Below are positions 25,005 to 37,500 of a DNA stretch of 64,000 bases, piece by piece. The translations under genes were made by a program, and so were the position numbers. How positions within the stretch are numbered: the stretch's first letter is position 1; the number at the start of each line of letters is the position of its first letter. The stretch is from Eledone cirrhosa. Lineage: Eukaryota. The DNA lies in NCBI GenBank assembly GCA_964016885.1, contig OZ024743.1, forward strand, positions 164,362,001 to 164,426,000, read 5' to 3'. The notes under the pieces were generated by a model. That model had not been told where the DNA came from and did not search any database. It saw only the letters and a list, made by a program, of their open reading frames with translations.

Positions 25005-27270
25005 TAGAGACCAAGAGGGAAGCTAGGCGACAAGTATACTTAGCTAGGAGGGAAGCAGAGGATAGAAAATTCAAGCATGTTTTACAACGTGAGGACCAGA
25101 AACAGGAGGTATTCAAGATTGCGAGGCAGTGTGTCAGAGATAGTTGTGATGTCATTGGAGAGAAGTGTATCCGGAATGATAAAGGTGAGCTTGCCCTCAC
25201 AAGTGCTGAGAAGAAAGATGCATGGAAGAGTCATTATGATAGATTACTAAATGAGGAGAATGCATGGGAAGAAGAGACCCTATCCCAAGTAGACCCTACC
25301 CCAAGTAGACCCTATAGAGGGGCCAGCAGTACAAGTCAGCAGCAGCGTAGTAAGTAAAGCAATCAAAGATATGAAGATGGGGAAGGCAACCAGTCCATCG
25401 GGTATAGCTGCCGAGATGCTGAAGGCATCTGGGTCTGTAGGTCACACTATAACCACACGTATCGTTAACCAGGTAATACTAGAAGGGACCATACCAAAAG
25501 ATTGGTGCAGTAGCATCATTGTCAACTGCTACAAAGGCAAAGGCGACGCACTAGATAGAGGAAACTATAGAGGTATAAAGTTGATGGACCAGGTCATGAA
25601 AGTAACAGAAAGAGCTATAGCACAGCTGATTAGGGACCGGGTGAATATAGACGAGATGCAATTTGGGTTTGTACCAGGAAGAGGCACCACTGATGCCCTC
25701 TTCCTTGTGAGGCAATTACAGGAAAAGTACCTAGCTAAAAGTAAGCCACTCTACTTGGCATTTGTCGACCTTGAGAAAGCCTTTGACAGAGTTCCACGTG
25801 CTGTAATCTGGTGGGCTCTTAGAAAACTAGGAGTAGATGAATGGCTTGTGAAAGCGGTACAAGCCATGTATAGGGGAGCAGTCATCAAAGTTAGGATTAG
25901 CAATGAGTATAGCGAGGAATTTAGCGTACAGGTTGGGGTCCACCAGGGCTCTGTTCTTAGCCCTCTCCTGTTCATCATAGTCCTGCAGGCAACAACGGAG
26001 GAATTTAAGACCGGATGCCCATGGGAACTCCTGTATGCCGATGACCTCGCACTCATAGCTGAATCTATGATAGAACTAGAGAATAAATTCCAAACCTGGA
26101 AGCAGGGACTAGAGAGAAAGGGTCTCAAAGTCAACATGACAAAGACTAAGGTCCTTGTAAGTAGACGAGAAAACAGAACCCAGATCCCCTCAGGGAAATG
26201 GCCTTGCTCAGTATGTAGGAAATGTGTAGGTAGGAACTCCATTCTCTGCCCCAAATGCAAACAATGGGTACACAAGAGATGTAGCGGGATCTCAGGAAGC
26301 TTAATTAAGGATGTAGGATTCACATGCAGCAGCTGTGCTGAAACAGCAAGCAGCAAACAGCCACAGGAAACAAGTACCACCAATCTCTGGGAGGGCCCTG
26401 TAGAAACAGTAGACAGCTTCTGCTACCTAGGTGACCGAATTAGCAGCGGAGATGGGTGTTCAGAAAGTACAATAACTAGGGTAAGAATGGGATGGAAGAA
26501 GTTTAGGGAACTACTACCACTGCTAGCTGCAAAAGGCTTCTCCCTCAGAATGAAAGGCAGACTGTATGATGCGTGTATCCGAACAGCGATGTTGCATGGT
26601 AGTGAGACCTGGGCGCTGAAGGTGGAAGACTTACGGAGATGAGAGAGAAATGAAGCCTGCATGCTCCGATGGATGTGTAACAGTAATATACGTGAACGAC
26701 AAAGCATAAATGAATTGAAAGAGAAACTGAGCATAAGAGGAATCAAATGCTGTGTGCAGGAGAGGCGGTTGCGCTGGTATGGACATGTGATGCGTATGAA
26801 GGATAACAGCTGCATAAAAAGGTGCAGAGCACTAGAAGTTGATGGAAACCGCGGAGTGGGGAGACCCAAGATGACCTGGGATGAGGTGATAAAAGCCGAC
26901 CTTACCCAATTACACACGACCGTGACTTCTGGCGTCACGCAGTAATACAGAGTACCCGACCTCCCATGGGTACATGCTGAAGCATATAGACAATATGCCC
27001 CCACCGCAAGGTGGTCCTGAAGGTGCCACGGCAAAAAAAGCACCCAGCCCACACTGTAAAGTGGACGTGTAGGCGCCACGAAAAAGCACCCAGCACACAC
27101 TGTAAATGAGTTTGTTGTTAAGAAGGGCATCCAGCTGTAGAAATCAAGCCAGATCAGTTCCTGTATGAGCAAGGCATGGTCAGCCGACCAGACACTGCAC
27201 ACAACAGGACAACCCGTCTAACCCATGCTAGCGTGGAAGAACGGACGTAAAACGGTGATGATGATGATGA
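25005..27270 (+). pseudogene. RTE family B, 5'-truncated copy
   Basis: ORF 25371-26642 RT ([18 protein letters not shown]) with PHD-like finger, premature stop, 3'UTR and (GAT)n tail. Confidence 0.93.
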
Positions 27271-27273
27271 AAT

Positions 27274-27328
<55 letters not shown>

Positions 27329-27364
27329 AATAAATATATATATATATATAAATATATATATATA

Positions 27365-27396
<32 letters not shown>

Positions 27397-27447
27397 AATA
27401 TATATATATAAATAAATATATATATATAAATATATATATATAAATAA

Positions 27448-27750
27448 ATGGGTACATGCTGAAGCATATAAACAATATGCCCCCACCGCAAGGTGGTCGT
27501 GGAGGAGCCACGGCAAAAAAGCACCCAGCCCACACTGTAAAGTGGACGTGTAGGCGCCACGAAAAAGCACCCAGCACTCACTGTAAATGAGGTTGGTGTT
27601 AGGAAGGGCATCCAGCTGTAGAAATCAAGCCAGATCAGTTCCTGTATGAGCAAGGCATGGTCAGCCGACCAGACACTGCACACAACAGGACAACCCGTCT
27701 CACCCATGCTAGCGTGGAAGAACGGACGTAAAACGGTGATGATGATGATG
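27448..27750 (+). mobile_element. RTE family B 3'UTR-only fragment
   Basis: Matches 26965-27270; (GAT)n tail. Confidence 0.88.
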
Positions 27751-27756
27751 AAATAT

Positions 27757-27835
<79 letters not shown>

Positions 27836-27840
27836 AATAT

Positions 27841-29401
27841 AACTGTAACTATAGACTTCCCTTCCAAACACCCTAACAATAGACTACCTGTATTAGAGAC
27901 AGAACTCTGGATTAACACTATAGACGAGAGAGCTCAAATTCTCCACTCACACTATGCTAAACCCATGGCCTCCAAATACCTGATACTCAAAAACTCAGCA
28001 ATGTCCAGTAGTGCTAAGTTTAATATTCTGATCGCAGATTTGGTACGAGTGATGAAGAATGTGTCCAGCATGTGCGACCCAACAGAAATGGAAGGACACA
28101 TCCAACACTTCATCAACCGCATGCAGTTCTCTGGCTACAACCAAAGAGACAGAGTCAGAGTATACGAAGGAGCCATGGAAAAGTATAAGACCCTCATAGA
28201 ACTGGACATGAAAGGAATTTGCCCACTATACAGGAGCAAATCATGGAATAGCTTAGATAGGGCTAGACATAAGATAGGGAAGGCCACATCATGGTACGAC
28301 AACCAGAGATATCAGAGTGTCATGTTTGTGGACGCCACCCCTGGAGGGAAATTAGCTAACCAGTGTAGAAAGGCCCTGAGAAAGACCCACTTAAAAATAA
28401 AGGTGGTAGAAAAGCCAGGAACCACCATAAAATCCCTGATCAGCAAAACCTACCCTTTTAAGAAAACCCACTGTACCAATAGGAAATGTATCATATGTAA
28501 GGTGAAGCCCCGGATAAACTGTAAAACTAGAAACGTAGTCTATAGCATAAGATGTACAGAGGGTACTTGCAGAAACACGACAACAACATACATAGGTGAG
28601 ACAGCTCGTAGCATAGGTGAAAGGATAGACCAACACTGGGGGGAACTAAAAGGACGAAAAAACGGGTCAGTACTATACGAACATGCTAGACAACAACATG
28701 ACGGTAACATAGACAACATAGAAATTAGAATAATATCTAAACATAGGAATGACCCAGCAGATAGGCAAATCAGAGAGGCCAGTGAAATAGAAATTAGAAG
28801 ACCAAAGCTAAACAGAAAGAATGAGTGGAACAACAACAACACCCAAACAAACAACACTGACCTAAGAGAAGTATAAATAAATAAGTAAATTAAATTAAAT
28901 AAAATAAGATAAATAAATACATACACAAGCACATAAACCCACACTAGTCACCCAGCAGACACAACACTATACACACTAGTCACACATCACACATAACACT
29001 ATACACACACGCAAACGCATGCGCAGAGAAGACAAAATAAAATAAGATAAACAAACAAGCAAATAAATAAATAAATATATAGACAGACTGAACAAAAAAA
29101 TGGCGTAGACATACAACACAACAGGAGGAACAATGAATATAACACCACTGACGATGTTGCAGATGTGCAACGAAAGATTTATGTAAATTATGTAAACTAT
29201 ATATATATGTGTTTGTCTATATTGTATCTGTATTATTTTTGACCGCCGGTCAGTCAATGGCAACATTGAGGACCGAGTAAGTTAGATCGCAGATATGTAT
29301 ATATAAAAGACAGCGAGAAGCGAAAACCAACCAAACAGTGAGTGTGTTCTGTTATTAATTCTGGCAATATTACGCAAATATGACCCTCCCCAAATATAAC
29401 A

Positions 29402-29404
<3 letters not shown>
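27841..29404 (+). mobile_element. Penelope family X-related subfamily, 5'-truncated (thumb + GIY-YIG + pLTR)
   Basis: ORF 27965-28876 NVVYSIRC...YIGETARSIGER..QIREASEI..PKLNRKNEW; 3' end TGACCCTCCCCAAATATAACAAT like family X. Confidence 0.88.
29146..29183 (+). ncRNA. Hammerhead-like motif with weak stem I
   Basis: CTGACGA-T-GTTGCA-GATG-TGCAAC-GAAAG-AT-TTA; same position in the pLTR as 24544. Confidence 0.6.
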
Positions 29405-29442
<38 letters not shown>

Positions 29443-29453
29443 TATATAAATAA

Positions 29454-29761
29454 ATGGGTACATGCTGAAGCATATAAACAATATGCCCCCCCCCCCCCCC
29501 CCCACCGCAAGGTGGTCGTGGAGGTGCCACGGCAAAAAAGCACCCAGCCCACACTGTAAAGTGAACGTGTAGGCGCCACGAAAAAGCACCCAGCACTCAC
29601 TGTAAATGAGGTTGGTGTTAGGAAGGGCAACCAGCTGTAGAAATCAAGCCAGATCAGTTCCTGTATGAGCAAGGCAAGGTCAGCCGACCAGACACTGCAC
29701 ACAACAGGACAACCCGTCTCACCCATGCTAGCGTGGAAGAACGGACGTAAAACGGTGATGA
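29454..29761 (+). mobile_element. RTE family B 3'UTR-only fragment
   Basis: Same start and near-identical sequence as 27448-27750. Confidence 0.88.
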
Positions 29762-29804
<43 letters not shown>

Positions 29805-29805
<1 letters not shown>

Positions 29806-32240
29806 CGTCGTCGTCGTCGTCATCATCATCATCGTCGTATAACGTCCATGTTCCACGCTTGCATGGGTTTGGACGGGAGTTTTCCCACTTGAGTCAAGAG
29901 TGGTTGTCTTGCTCGCATAGGACTGTCTAGCGGGTTTTCTACAGCTGGATGCTCTTCCTAACACCAACCACATTTACAGTGTGGGACTGGGAGGTTTTTA
30001 CCGTGTTGCCTACACAGCCACATTACAGCGTGGACTGTGTGTTTTTTGTCGTGACACCTACACGATCTCATTTGTTTCGGCCTGGATGTTGTGGCACCAA
30101 CATAACTTTACATTGAAAGGGGCGGTGTGGATGGGGTGGGGGTGGTGGGACGGGGGTGTATTATGTTAGAGATGCCTACTGACTGTAGTAGGTTTTACTT
30201 TGTATTTAGGTAAGGCGGGTCTTCTCTATTACTGAGTACCGCCAAAGGTCTCAGTCCAGTAACATTGTCTTGGAGACGTGTAAGTGTGTGAGGTCGGAGT
30301 TTATCAGGTCGTCCCAGGTTTTTCTGGGTCTGCCTACTCCGTGGCTACCGTCTATCTTTATTGCCCTGCACTTTTTTATACAGCTGTCGTCTTTCATGCG
30401 CATCACGTGACCATACCAACGTAGCCTTCTCTCGAGTAAACAACATCTGATCCCTCTTATTTCTAATTTTTCCCTTAGTTCATTTATGGTTAGCCGTTCA
30501 CATATATTACTATTGCACATCCAGCCGAGCATGCAAGCTTCGTTCCTCTCTAGTCTGCGTATATCCTCTGCACACAATGCCCAGGTCTCACTGTCATGCA
30601 GCATTGCTGTTCTTATGCAGGCATCATACAGCCTGCCTTTCATTTTTAGGGAGAACCCTTTAGCGGTTAATAGTGGTATAAGCTCTCTGAACTTTTTCCA
30701 TCCAGTTCTGACTCTAGCTACTGTACTTTCAGAGCACCCTCCCCCACTGCTGATTTTATCACCCAGGTAACGGAAGCTGTCCACTATTTCTATAGAACCC
30801 TCTGCGCAATTGAAAGAGCTAGTATTTTGTGGGCACTTGCTACTACTTATTGCACCAGAGCACCGGCCACATGTAAAATCTATGTTCTTAGTTAGCTTAC
30901 CTGTGATCCCACTACATCTTTTATGCACTCATACTTTGCATTTGGGACATAAAATGGAGTTTCTACCTACGCCATTCCTACACACTGAGCATGGCCACTT
31001 CCAGGAAGGGACCGCCGCCTTATTTTCTTTCCTACAAACTAGAACTTTAGTCTTAGCCAGGTTAATTTTAAGGCCTTTTGATTCTAGGCCGTGCTTCCAT
31101 GTTTGGAATTTCTTCTCTAGCTCGGCCATTGATTCAGCTATGAGCGTTAGATCATCTGCGTATAGGAGTTCCCATGGGCAGCCGGTCTTGAACTCCTCTG
31201 TTATAGCCTGAAGGGCAATAATAAATAGTAGGGGGCTAAGAAGAGAGCCCTGATGGACGCCAACTTTTACGCTAAACTCTTCACTATATTCGTTGATAAT
31301 TCTAACCTTGCTGACTGTTTCTTTATACATGGCTTGTATAGCCCTCACATGCCATTCATCAACACCTAGTTTTCTAAGAGCCCACCAGATAATGGAACGG
31401 GGGACTCTGTCGAAGGCTTTTTCCAAGTCGACAAAAGCTAAGTATAGGGGTTTACTTTTAGCTAGGTACTTCTTCTGTAGTTGTCGTACAATGAAAAGAG
31501 CGTCTGTGGTACTTCTGACACAAACCCGAACTGCATTTCATCTAGATCAATTCTCTCTGATTAGTTGCGCTATTACTTTTTCCGTGACCTTCATGACCTG
31601 GTCGATTAATTTAATGCCTCTATAGTTACACCTATCTAGGGCATCTCCTTTACCCTTGTAACAGTTAATGATGATGCTGCTATGCCAGTCCTTCGGAACA
31701 ACCCCATTCTGTATGACTTGGTTTACTATCCGGGTGACCATGGTGTGTCCCACCGTTCCAGAGGCTTTCAGCATCTCAGCAACTATTTCCGAAGGCCCAG
31801 CCGCCTTACCCGTCTTCATATCTTTGATTGCCTTACTTATTATACTACCTTCGACTAACACTGCTGGTCCCTCTATTAGGTCGATGTGGGGGAGACTGTC
31901 TTTCTCCCATTTGTTCTCTTCATTTAGAAGCCTTTCGTAGTGACACTTCCAAGCTACCTTCTTATCAGCGTCAGTGATGGCAAGTATGCCATCATCGTTA
32001 AGTACACACTTCTCCCCGACAATATCACAGTTTTCCTTGACACATTGCCTAGCAATCCTGAACACCTCACGTTTTTGGTCCTCACGTTGTAGAACATGCT
32101 TGAACTTTCTTTCCTCTGCTTCCCTTATTGCGAAGTACACTTGTCTCCTAGCTTCCCTCCTGGCCACTTGATAGTCTTCTCTACTTCCCCCATCCCGCCA
32201 TACTTTCCAAGCCTGCTTTTTAGCCTTAATTGACTCCTCC
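29805..32240 (-). pseudogene. RTE family C, 5'-truncated decayed copy
   Basis: ORF pieces 31547-32240, 30929-31426 and 30251-30928 with RT motifs; (ATC/GTC)n tail. Confidence 0.92.
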
Positions 32241-32273
<33 letters not shown>

Positions 32274-32308
32274 TATATATACATACACACACACACATAT
32301 ATATACAT

Positions 32309-32341
<33 letters not shown>

Positions 32342-32448
32342 CACATATATACACATACACACACACATATATACACATACACACACACACATATATACAC
32401 ACACACACATATACACACACACACATATATACATACACACACACACAC

Positions 32449-32500
<52 letters not shown>
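32241..32500. repeat. (CA)n/(TA)n compound microsatellite
   Basis: Directly visible. Confidence 0.97.
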
Positions 32501-32503
<3 letters not shown>

Positions 32504-32730
32504 AATAAAAATAAAGATAATAATGACAAAAATAAAAGCAAAGAAGGGGTGAGAAGGAAGAAAAGAAAAGATAGCCAAGAAGGGGGAAGGAAGGAAGAAA
32601 ACGAAGAAATAGAAGAGGAATGAGGGAGAAGGGGGGTATATATGTATTGGTTTTGTGGGTAATTAAAGGGTCTAGATATAAGAGGGTATAAAGTCTAAGT
32701 ATATGCAGTTTGTCAGTTGGTAGTAAGAGG

Positions 32731-34575
32731 TTAAGGGTTCGATTTGTAGTGCGAAAATTTCTCTTTGAATCTATGGTTACAATAAATTGATCTCTCAATT
32801 TTATTGTTGAGTAACCTATTCTTCGAACTTAAGATGTGGAACAGCTCAAGGTCGCATAATCGACAGCTTCTCATACCACTCCGATATGGGGGCGCGTTTG
32901 ATAATTTTTTCCACTTCAGGGTGTATTGATGGTTACTTTCCCTTAGTTGCCAGGTCTTGATTGCAAGGGTAGTTACACAACGGTGCTGGGAATGTTTCAT
33001 TGCGTAACGGTGTGTATACCAACGAGCTTTAAAAGTATTCCCAGTCGCTCCGATGTAATACCATTTCTGGTTGTCTGATTCCACTGTGCATTGGTAAACC
33101 AGGTTAGACTGCATACATTCATTTTGTAATGGACAGGTTTCAGGTAGGTGGCAGTAACATTTCTTGTTATGGGCAACTTTGGCATTATTTGTGGGCTGCG
33201 ATGCCTGAACAAGTGTGTTACGTTTTGTTTGCCTATTAGCGGGTGGTTGTGTATTAGATATTCTGTTGTGTTCGGTGGTAATTGTATTGTTATTGTTGTA
33301 AATTTGTGTTTTGGTGTTGTTATGTATCTTTTTAGCGTTAAGCATCTTAATGTGTGCTTCTATATTTGGTGCCGTGGAGTAGGATAGTCTAATAGATTTA
33401 GTGTTAAGGATTTTGCTGTATCTCTGTGAATCTGGAAAGTGCCTATTTATTATTCTAAAGAAAGTAGAGGGTAGGTTAGTACTAATAGAGGTGTTAAATA
33501 TGGGGTTATACCAAATATATTTTCTACTGCGTGACTTGTTTGATTTCGATGTTGTATTTCTATTTGCCGTATACTTTGCAGTTCTATGCGTAAATCTGTG
33601 TATGCGTGTGTTTCTGGAGTTTGTGTTATGCGTGTTCGTGTGTGCTTCACAGAGGCTTTCATCTATATATTCTACTCTATCTAAGTGGCCTGCCTTGTCT
33701 AATGCGGTATTGTAGTATTCTGCATGTTCTTCGAAGATTTGCCGGTTAGATGAGAGGCGGGAGATCCTAAGGGATATGCTGCGTGGAATGGATTTAATTA
33801 TTGATAGTGGGTGGTTTGAGTTACAGTTGATGTATGCTAAGTTTTCATTAATCTTGTGAAAAGGTCTTATAAGTCCCGTATTTAGGTTAAGCGTCACATC
33901 TAGAAAGTTAACTGTTTTAGTGCTATACTCATACGTTATGCTAAGGTCTAGTTTTCCGAGAGTCTTTCTAATATTCTTACGGAGTCTTTCTATGCTCTGG
34001 TTATTTAGGTTCTTAACTAGGAGAAGGGCGTCGTCTCTGTAGATTCCACCGTGAAGGTCGCTAAACTCGCTTTGTAAACTATGGGCTATGTAAATACCTA
34101 CTAAGTCTGTGACTTGAGCCGAGTCGTTAGCCCCCATCGTGATGTCAAAGTTATTTAATCTATCCTTATGTTCCCAATAGGCGTTTTCAAATTTAATTAT
34201 TGTTTTCCTAGCAGCTAATATGATTTTTATCTCGTCGTCTGTTATGTCGGAATTGGCTTTGGCGAATGCTAAGGCTTTATCCAAGGTGTTGGGGGATATA
34301 GATGAGTAATAATTGTTAATGTCAAATTGTATAAATTTAGATACTTCTTTGTTAGCTATATTGTTAAACCATTTAATTGTTTCGGTAGCGTTACCCCATA
34401 GTTTAATCACTAGTTTATTCTTCATTTGTGCTATCATTCTGTCTAATATATGTTTACTAATTTTCCCGATGCCCGATTTGGATGGGCATATAAGTCTAAT
34501 AGTGGGGTTATAATCAAAATTTACCTTGTGGTCTTTGAGGTTAAATGTGGGGGTACATGGCTTATGTGGCTCCGT
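32731..34575 (-). CDS. Penelope-like RT + GIY-YIG (family Y-related), 5'-truncated but uninterrupted frame
   Basis: Frame open from about 34575: LKDHK..PTIRLICPSKS, FDINNYYSSI, ITMGANDSAQVTDLVG, GIYRDD, NLVYQC..YYIGAT, CRLC. Confidence 0.88.
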   Translation of the reverse strand, partial: TEPHKPCTPTFNLKDHKVNFDYNPTIRLICPSKSGIGKISKHILDRMIAQMKNKLVIKLWGNATETIKWFNNIANKEVSKFIQFDINNYYSSISPNTLDKALAFAKANSDITDDEIKIILAARKTIIKFENAYWEHKDRLNNFDITMGANDSAQVTDLVGIYIAHSLQSEFSDLHGGIYRDDALLLVKNLNNQSIERLRKNIRKTLGKLDLSITYEYSTKTVNFLDVTLNLNTGLIRPFHKINENLAYINCNSNHPLSIIKSIPRSISLRISRLSSNRQIFEEHAEYYNTALDKAGHLDRVEYIDESLCEAHTNTHNTNSRNTRIHRFTHRTAKYTANRNTTSKSNKSRSRKYIWYNPIFNTSISTNLPSTFFRIINRHFPDSQRYSKILNTKSIRLSYSTAPNIEAHIKMLNAKKIHNNTKTQIYNNNNTITTEHNRISNTQPPANRQTKRNTLVQASQPTNNAKVAHNKKCYCHLPETCPLQNECMQSNLVYQCTVESDNQKWYYIGATGNTFKARWYTHRYAMKHSQHRCVTTLAIKTWQLRESNHQYTLKWKKLSNAPPYRSGMRSCRLCDLELFHILSSKNRLLNNKIERSIYCNHRFKEKFSHYKSNP

Positions 34576-37500
34576 TATATAACTGCTCTGTAAAACAACC
34601 GGTGTTATTACATTGAGCTATTTATCTTACTGGTAATAAGATAGTAATTAATGACTATCTTTCACTATTTAGGGTTTGTATAAAAAATATATAACCATAA
34701 AAGGTTTTATTACATACATAACCATAAATAGTATCCTTAATACTAATAACTGCTCCATATTGTTGAGCTGATATACAATAAATTACCAGCATGCTGATCA
34801 AAGACCAACTCCCTGTCAACAAGAACATACCTATACCACCCAAAAATACATATGAAAAGTTATTGATCAACAGTGTAAACTCCTTTATCAATAGAGTGAG
34901 ATGGAGGACATTCCATTATGATAAAAACAAATCTAGCAAGGATAATAATACCAACAAATTTGACTCCTTCGGCTTTAAAACCTTTAGAAGCCCCCCTCAT
35001 AACACACTACTAAACCACTTCGAAAATGACCTAATAAAACTAGTTAAGAATATTAAATACAAAAAAACACCGTAATAAAAACACCTTCTTAAACAAACTT
35101 AGCACCTCTATTAATGATTTCAAAACTAGTAGTAACATTTTTGTACATGCCGACAAAACTAATAACATATACAGCCTGGATTATAATACTTATAGAAAGT
35201 TTATATATAATGAACTACATAAAAGCTACAAGAAAACCACTATGAAAAACTTAGAAGATATTAATATGGAAGGCTATAATATAGTATCCAAACTAGGGCT
35301 CCAGAGACATACACAACCTTATACCCCAAACCCCCCTAGATTCTCTCTTAAGGACCATAAGGAGGACTTCATTAGCAACCCCTCGATTAGACTCATCTGC
35401 CCCTCCAAGTCTGACATTGGCATTATCAGTAAAAAAATTCTAGATAAAATCATCCCTCAGATTAAACACACGATTTACCTTAAACAATGAGGAAATACGG
35501 GTGAAGTGATTGAATGGTTCAAAAATATCAAAGATAACAAGGATAAAAAATTTATTCAATTTGATATCAATTCTTACTACATCTCTATTTCCCCTATCCT
35601 ACTAAAAAAGGCACTTATAATGGCCATGTACAATAGTGACCTGACTAGACCCCAGATTGATGTCATACTTGCAGCCCGTAAAACACTAATCACCTTTGAA
35701 GACGAATTATGGACCCGCAAAGATACGCAAAACAACTTCGACATTACCATGGGGTCTAGTGACTCGGCGCAGGTCACTGATTTAGTCGGCCTATATTTAC
35801 TTAACCAAATCCATAAGGACCTTCCTCACCTCAGCGGTGGTTTGTATCGCGACGATGTACTTCTACTTATAGATTATAAAATATTCAGTATAGAAAGAAC
35901 TAGAAAACTATTCCACAAAACATTCAAAAACTATAACCTTAGTATTACCATGGACAAAAACACCAAAAACGTCAACTTCCTAGACGCCACACTCTACCTA
36001 GACTCAATGATATATGCACCTTTCCACAAACCTAATGAAAAACTCATCTACGTAGATACCAAGTCTAACCACCCTAAATCTATATTGAACTCTATCTCTA
36101 AGGGAGTATCTAATAGAATCTCTAATCTATCCTATGACAAACACATTTAACAATAACTCGCAATATAATCAGGCATTAGCTAGATCAGGCCATAATACAG
36201 GGATAGAGTTCCTACCTACAAAAACGCATAGCTACAACATTATTTCACACAACATGTCCATGAGAAAATTTAATAATAAGAATACCAACCACACACACAC
36301 TAATAGAGATGATAACAACAAAAGTAACCCACACCACAGAAATTACCATAGTAACATTAAAGGAAACAAATCACCAGACATAAAAAACAGAAATAGAAAA
36401 AGAAATAATACATTTTTCAACCCTCCTTTCAATCTAAACGTCTCTACCAACCTACCTAGGGCTTTCTTCTCACTACTGGATAAACACTTCCCATCCGGCC
36501 ACAAGTACCATAGCCTTTTAAACAAAAACACTATTAAAATCTCATACTCTACTACGCCTAACTTAGCATACCACATAGCTAGTAGCAATAAAAGAAAAAT
36601 TAATTCTTACTTCCAACAAACTAAATCACAACAGACGATAAACCTGCAAAATAACATTATAGCAACTAACCATAATATCAATAGAAATAATAGTATTAGT
36701 ACTAGTGTAAACATTAACGCTGCGAATGACAACCCACATAACCATAACCCTATAGCTAACATCCAAACTTCTACACAGCATATTAACCGGCAGACTAACA
36801 CCCAGAATAATTGTAACTGTAGATCAAATAGAACCTGCCCTTTAGATAAAAAATGCTTAACCAAGGATATCATATACTCATGTACAGTCACAACTAACAA
36901 CTCTTCTGAAACCTATATAGGCTCTACTTCTAACTGCTTCAAAACTAGATACAATTCGCACCTCCACTCTTTCAAAAAACACAGTCTAGCCAACTCCACT
37001 TCACTATCTAGCTACATACACTAACTAAAAATAAAATATATACACTTAAATGGGAAGTGGTAGGTAGTGCAACATCGTACAAACCACCTAATAAATTTTG
37101 TAACCTCTGTCTACTAGAGACCCATACTATCATCTTCTCTAACCATAATCTCCTTAATAAAAAATCAGAGGTGTTCGCATCTTGCCAACACCGCTTCCGA
37201 CACTCTTTCCAAAACTTTAAACCCTATATATAACAATGTCAGACTGGAACCGGCACCACCCCTAGCAATTAGCACACCTTACACCTCATCTCCACACCCA
37301 TTTATATACTCTATAGGTAATAGTGGCAGCATTATAGTACCATCTACCCTGGGGATACCCCCATGTACTTCTAATTCTGATATCTCGACCGTGGATTACT
37401 TAAACTGCATTGCACAAATATATGATTAATATAAACTGTAGACACGGTATTGGTTGTGCTAACATAATCCTGTGCATGGAGTGCCACCATGAGATAGATT

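Noticed and set aside
25751-27202. Long antisense ORFs over RTE coding regions (also 13867, 30810, 48011, 60716)
   Set aside because: Shadow frames of the RT ORF with no independent motifs
35488-35490. In-frame TGA as possible selenocysteine in the Penelope ORF
   Set aside because: The intact paralogue has Trp (KQWGN) here, and this copy also has TAA stops and frameshifts
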